Made by a program: the position numbers and the translations under genes. This document shows positions 60,681-64,000 of a stretch of DNA of 64,000 nucleotides, in pieces (position 1 is the first letter of the stretch; each line of letters opens with the position of its first letter). The stretch is from Paramoeba atlantica (lineage: Eukaryota > Protista > Discosea). The stretch spans positions 558,001 through 622,000 of the forward strand of contig CDRNVI010000030.1 in NCBI GenBank assembly GCA_977017575.1, in the 5' to 3' direction. The notes under the pieces were generated by a model. That model saw nothing but the letters and a program-made list of their open reading frames with translations. It did not search any database and was not told the DNA's origin.

Positions 60681-61569
60681 CACCTTCCTCTACGGCCTTG
60701 CGTGTCACACACTTCCAGGTAAAGTTTGGCCTTTGTAGGTGTATTACCGGAACAGGGTGGAGAAATATCAAATGAAACCAAAGCGTATACACGTATATCA
60801 GGCCCCGGACTCTCAAAAAACGGTCTAGGAGTTGATTTGGGAAAATTATTTTTTTTGACTTTCACCTATAATTTTTCAGTTCATTTTTTCAAAATTTCAA
60901 AAATTGCTATGATCACCCTGGTGGGGAGGTGGTGGCAGGGGGTACCCATCGGAATTGTTGAAAAACTAGTTATTTTGTCATTCAATTCGATTCATACGTC
61001 TGCCTTTTTTCCTTGCGCCTCCTCCTTCCTCTGCGGCCTTGCGTGTCACACACTTCCAGGTAAATTTTGGACTTTGTAGGTGTATTATCGGCGCAGAGGA
61101 GGAATATCGGATGAAATCAAAGAGTATACAGGTATATAAGGCTCCAAACTCTCAAAAAACGGTCTAGGAGTTGATTTGGGAAAAGTATATTTTTTCACTT
61201 TCACCCATAAACTTTTAGTTTTTTTTTGCAAAATTTCAAAAATTGCTATGATCACCCTGGTGGGGAGGGGGGGGGGCAGGGGGTACCCATCGAAATAGTT
61301 GAAAAACTTATAATCTTGTCACTCAATTCGATTCATACATCTTTGTAAACATTTTTTTTGAAAACTCACCTGAAACGATATCGGGCCACAAATCGGGGAC
61401 GACGAATTAACCTACCTATGGTAGCGAGTGGGTAGTATCTCCCTCAATAGTTTAATATCATACATGTATATTTGTTGCGTATTGGATTGGATTGGATGGA
61501 TGGCACGAAATACTTTTATTTGAACTTTTACTTTACATGAGCCACTTTGGCCTGCATACTAAACACTTC

Positions 61570-62437
61570 TCATTCAATGATTTCAACGAGGTTCGGTTCT
61601 CGAGACCGCTTTACCTGAACAACAAAATTTGCCTTGATCGAAGCTACTCCGAGTTCCACAAGTTTTTCAAAGGTCTCTTCTGCATTCAGATCATCGACGT
61701 CGTAGTCAATGGAGCTCAGCTTTCCGAGAGAGCGTTTGCGGATGCTTGCACGCGGGTTGGCAAGATGAACCTTCTCTGTCAAGACCTTATAGAGTCTGTC
61801 GCGCTCGTCCTTGCGTTGATCAATACTTGAACGCGTGTAAGAGGCCCACATGTTCCGCAGAAGTATACCAGTGGGGCGTACGTCTTTGGGATGTAATGCC
61901 ACCTTGGAGTATTGAGTTGAAAGAAGACGTGCGGAGCGCATAAATTTGTGCGCTCCGCATAAATTTATGCGCTCCGCATAAATTTTTCGTACTTGTCGTT
62001 TCGAGAGCAGGCATTTATTTGAACAAGAATTTGCACAATGTCTTTGGCGACAAGACGCCTCCCTAGGAAAGTGTGCTTAACGTACAAGAAACATACGTGT
62101 TGCGCTGTGGCTTGGTCCATCCCACAGGAAACAAGCTTTTCTTTCTGTCATCGTGACAATTGTTCGAGGTCTTTCGACGAGGAGCAGCGAGGACATATTT
62201 TGGCCAGAATCGGCACGTTTGCGTAATCGCAGTTGGCACATTGCTCTACTTCCACACTTGATTCAGTGTTCCTCTGAATCGGTGTTTCGCAATACAAGCA
62301 CCGTCGTGGAGAACATAGCGTGAACGGTGTAACCTTTTCACATTGAACGCAGAACAGAGCAGGGATAACGTCACCTCCAGCCCGAACGCTTTCAGCCATG
62401 TCAATGTTTTTGAAGAAATGAAACCTACTACCATCAT
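61570..62437 (-). pseudogene. Disrupted ORF with multiple CxxC zinc-ribbon motifs, function unknown
   Basis: CVQC, CLYC, CANC and CPRC in 62148-62399. A plausible frame continues EKLVSCGMDQ..EKFMRSA into 61570-61941; broken by frameshifts and 19-bp inserts. Confidence 0.45.
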
Positions 62438-62619
62438 TTTTAAAACTCAGTTTAAAACGCGCTTATAAACGCAGAAGCCATTCATACTCAGTAGAATCAA
62501 TTTACAAACACCAATGCAATAGATTCATGTTACATTCCATATTTTGTTTTCTAAAGATCTACTTAGGAGGATGAAGATTCCTAATTATTATATTATATAA
62601 TATAATATAATTGCACAGT

Positions 62620-63883
62620 GTCCAATACGTTCGGTAGGCTTCCATTCATGCCTACGAGTGATTTCCTAAGCGCAAATGTCGGATTGAGTGCTCTGACAGC
62701 TAAAATACGCAAAAATGGCCCCATTTTTACCCCAAAATGGGCAATTTTTGGCTATAATCTTTTCGTTTACTTCAGCTTTTCAAGCCAAATTTTCTTTTTT
62801 AAGCTCTTCGTTAAACGCGGTGGTAGTTTTCAACGCCAAGCGCGCAGCATGAGTGACTTCTAAGTTGAAAACAACCACCGCGTTTAACGAAGACCTTAAT
62901 TATTAATTGGTCGCCAAAGAGTTTGTTCACTTTTTCCCCAAATTTGGCCCGGACGTGGCCCGTTTTTTTGCCGATTCCTTTTTAGCGAAAACAAATGTAT
63001 TTGATTTTCAAACTTGAGTTAGGGGAAGTGATACCACACGCCTTGAAGAACATTTTTTACCGACACAACAAGTGGTAACTCTGCGTTGTGCTTGCAGGAT
63101 GTGTCCGGCCCAATTTTCAAAAAAATTTGTGGGGCGACCCAAAAATATTTTTTTGATCGAAACAAAAGTTAAAATAGGTATTTTTTGACGATAAGAAAAG
63201 TCATTTTTTTGCATGAGTGTTTTCAAAGTGCGCACGAGCGGCCGAAGGCCACGAATATCTCCCGGTTTGCAGAGCATTCTGATGTGGCAAAAGGGTCTTT
63301 AACGTGAGATACAGTTCCAGTTTTCTACAAACCTTTTTCTCTACAAACCGGGGGATGCGGTTCCAGTTTTGTGATCGTTTTCCAAAGCGCCTTTGGTATC
63401 TCCCTCGTCCACTTTAGCCTGGGTTATACATACCTATATTTGTTTTTGCTAAAAATAATCGGCAAACAAAAGTGAACAGGTCCGGGCCAGGTCCGGGCCA
63501 AATTTCGGGAAAAGGTGAACAAAATCTTTGGCGACGAATTAATATATGGGAGCGAGGGTGGGTTAAAAGTGATTTTATGGCAAGGTGTGAGGAGGGACCC
63601 CACCCTCCCAGGAAATTTCTGACAAAACATTAATATACGGTAGCGAGGGAGTAGTATCTCCCTCTATATGCGTTATAGGGGTAGGTGGCGGAGTGGCAAG
63701 AACTCAAAGTTTGAAGCTCATGGTGCTCAGACGGCGAGTTCAAACCCGCTCATCGCATTATTCCCGGCGGCCTCACTCTAAGAGGCTGGGCTGATAACCG
63801 ACTAGGCCCAGTACTCGGAGGACCGTCTCGGACCCTCCCCTCAGGGAACCAGCTCCCTTACCCGGCTCACACCTCTTGGGTAA
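62620..63883. repeat. Right arm of a ~1.25-kb inverted duplication (left arm 56250-57135 + 59549-~59940)
   Basis: Identical ORF-track entries on opposite strands (56504/63424, 56856/63008). The arm includes the SINE head and lacks the pogo insert. Confidence 0.9.
63680..63883 (+). mobile_element. 3'-truncated SINE, part of the inverted duplication
   Basis: Head and flank are the inverse of 56250-56468. Confidence 0.85.
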
Positions 63884-64000
63884 ACGGATTTTCGTTATGC
63901 GCTCTAACTTTTACGCAGTAGAAGCGCTTTGTCCCTCTTAGCGAAATATATGTTTCTTGCAATTTCTGAAGTATAGCGCCTCCCTCAAACGATTTAAATC

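Larger units (their letters stand above)
56711..61445 (-). mobile_element. Helentron/Helitron2-like non-autonomous element containing the pogo insertion
   Basis: Left end TT|GAGGGAGATAC at 61445; right end GTATCTCCCTCGTCCACTTTAGCCTGGG|TT at 56711. Pairing of these two ends is inferred. Confidence 0.45.

Noticed and set aside
61480-61505. (GGATT)n tail as another retro-insertion
   Set aside because: No upstream CCG/CGG hairpin and no TSD found; may be a simple microsatellite.
56470-63664. Single 7.2-kb element with long TIRs
   Set aside because: The symmetry continues into flanking SINE sequence and there is no TSD, so it is an inverted duplication.

Overview
Eukaryotic (lineage undetermined, probably protist) window made almost entirely of nested transposons; no recognisable host housekeeping gene. 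It holds three near-identical ~4.7 kb single-ORF non-LTR retrotransposons (LINE-A: unknown N-terminal domain + APE endonuclease + RT + RNase H) and degenerate copies of related families (A'/B and C). There are ~15 whole or partial copies of a ~370 bp Pol III-type SINE, many with 9-14 bp target-site duplications (TSDs). DNA elements include non-autonomous ones with Helentron/Helitron2-like ends, a pogo-type DD33D element, and Merlin/ISXO2 and Harbinger/ISL2EU transposase relics, plus a ~5.8 kb segmental repeat and a ~1.25 kb inverted duplication. The main signal is an 18-nt module, TAAGACCATCGTTTTTTG. It forms the 5' end of LINE-A (9 copies inside the TSD) and also builds a 12.4 kb higher-order array: 446 copies in 20 blocks of 7-49, separated by 21 copies of a 202-bp LINE-C segment. 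Two SINE copies independently carry 18-nt-period repeats of their own 5' ends. LINEs and SINE share a 3' CCG/CGG hairpin + (GGATW)n tail. Together this suggests a retrotransposition system that reiterates ~18-nt 5' termini; the mechanism is a hypothesis, not demonstrated.
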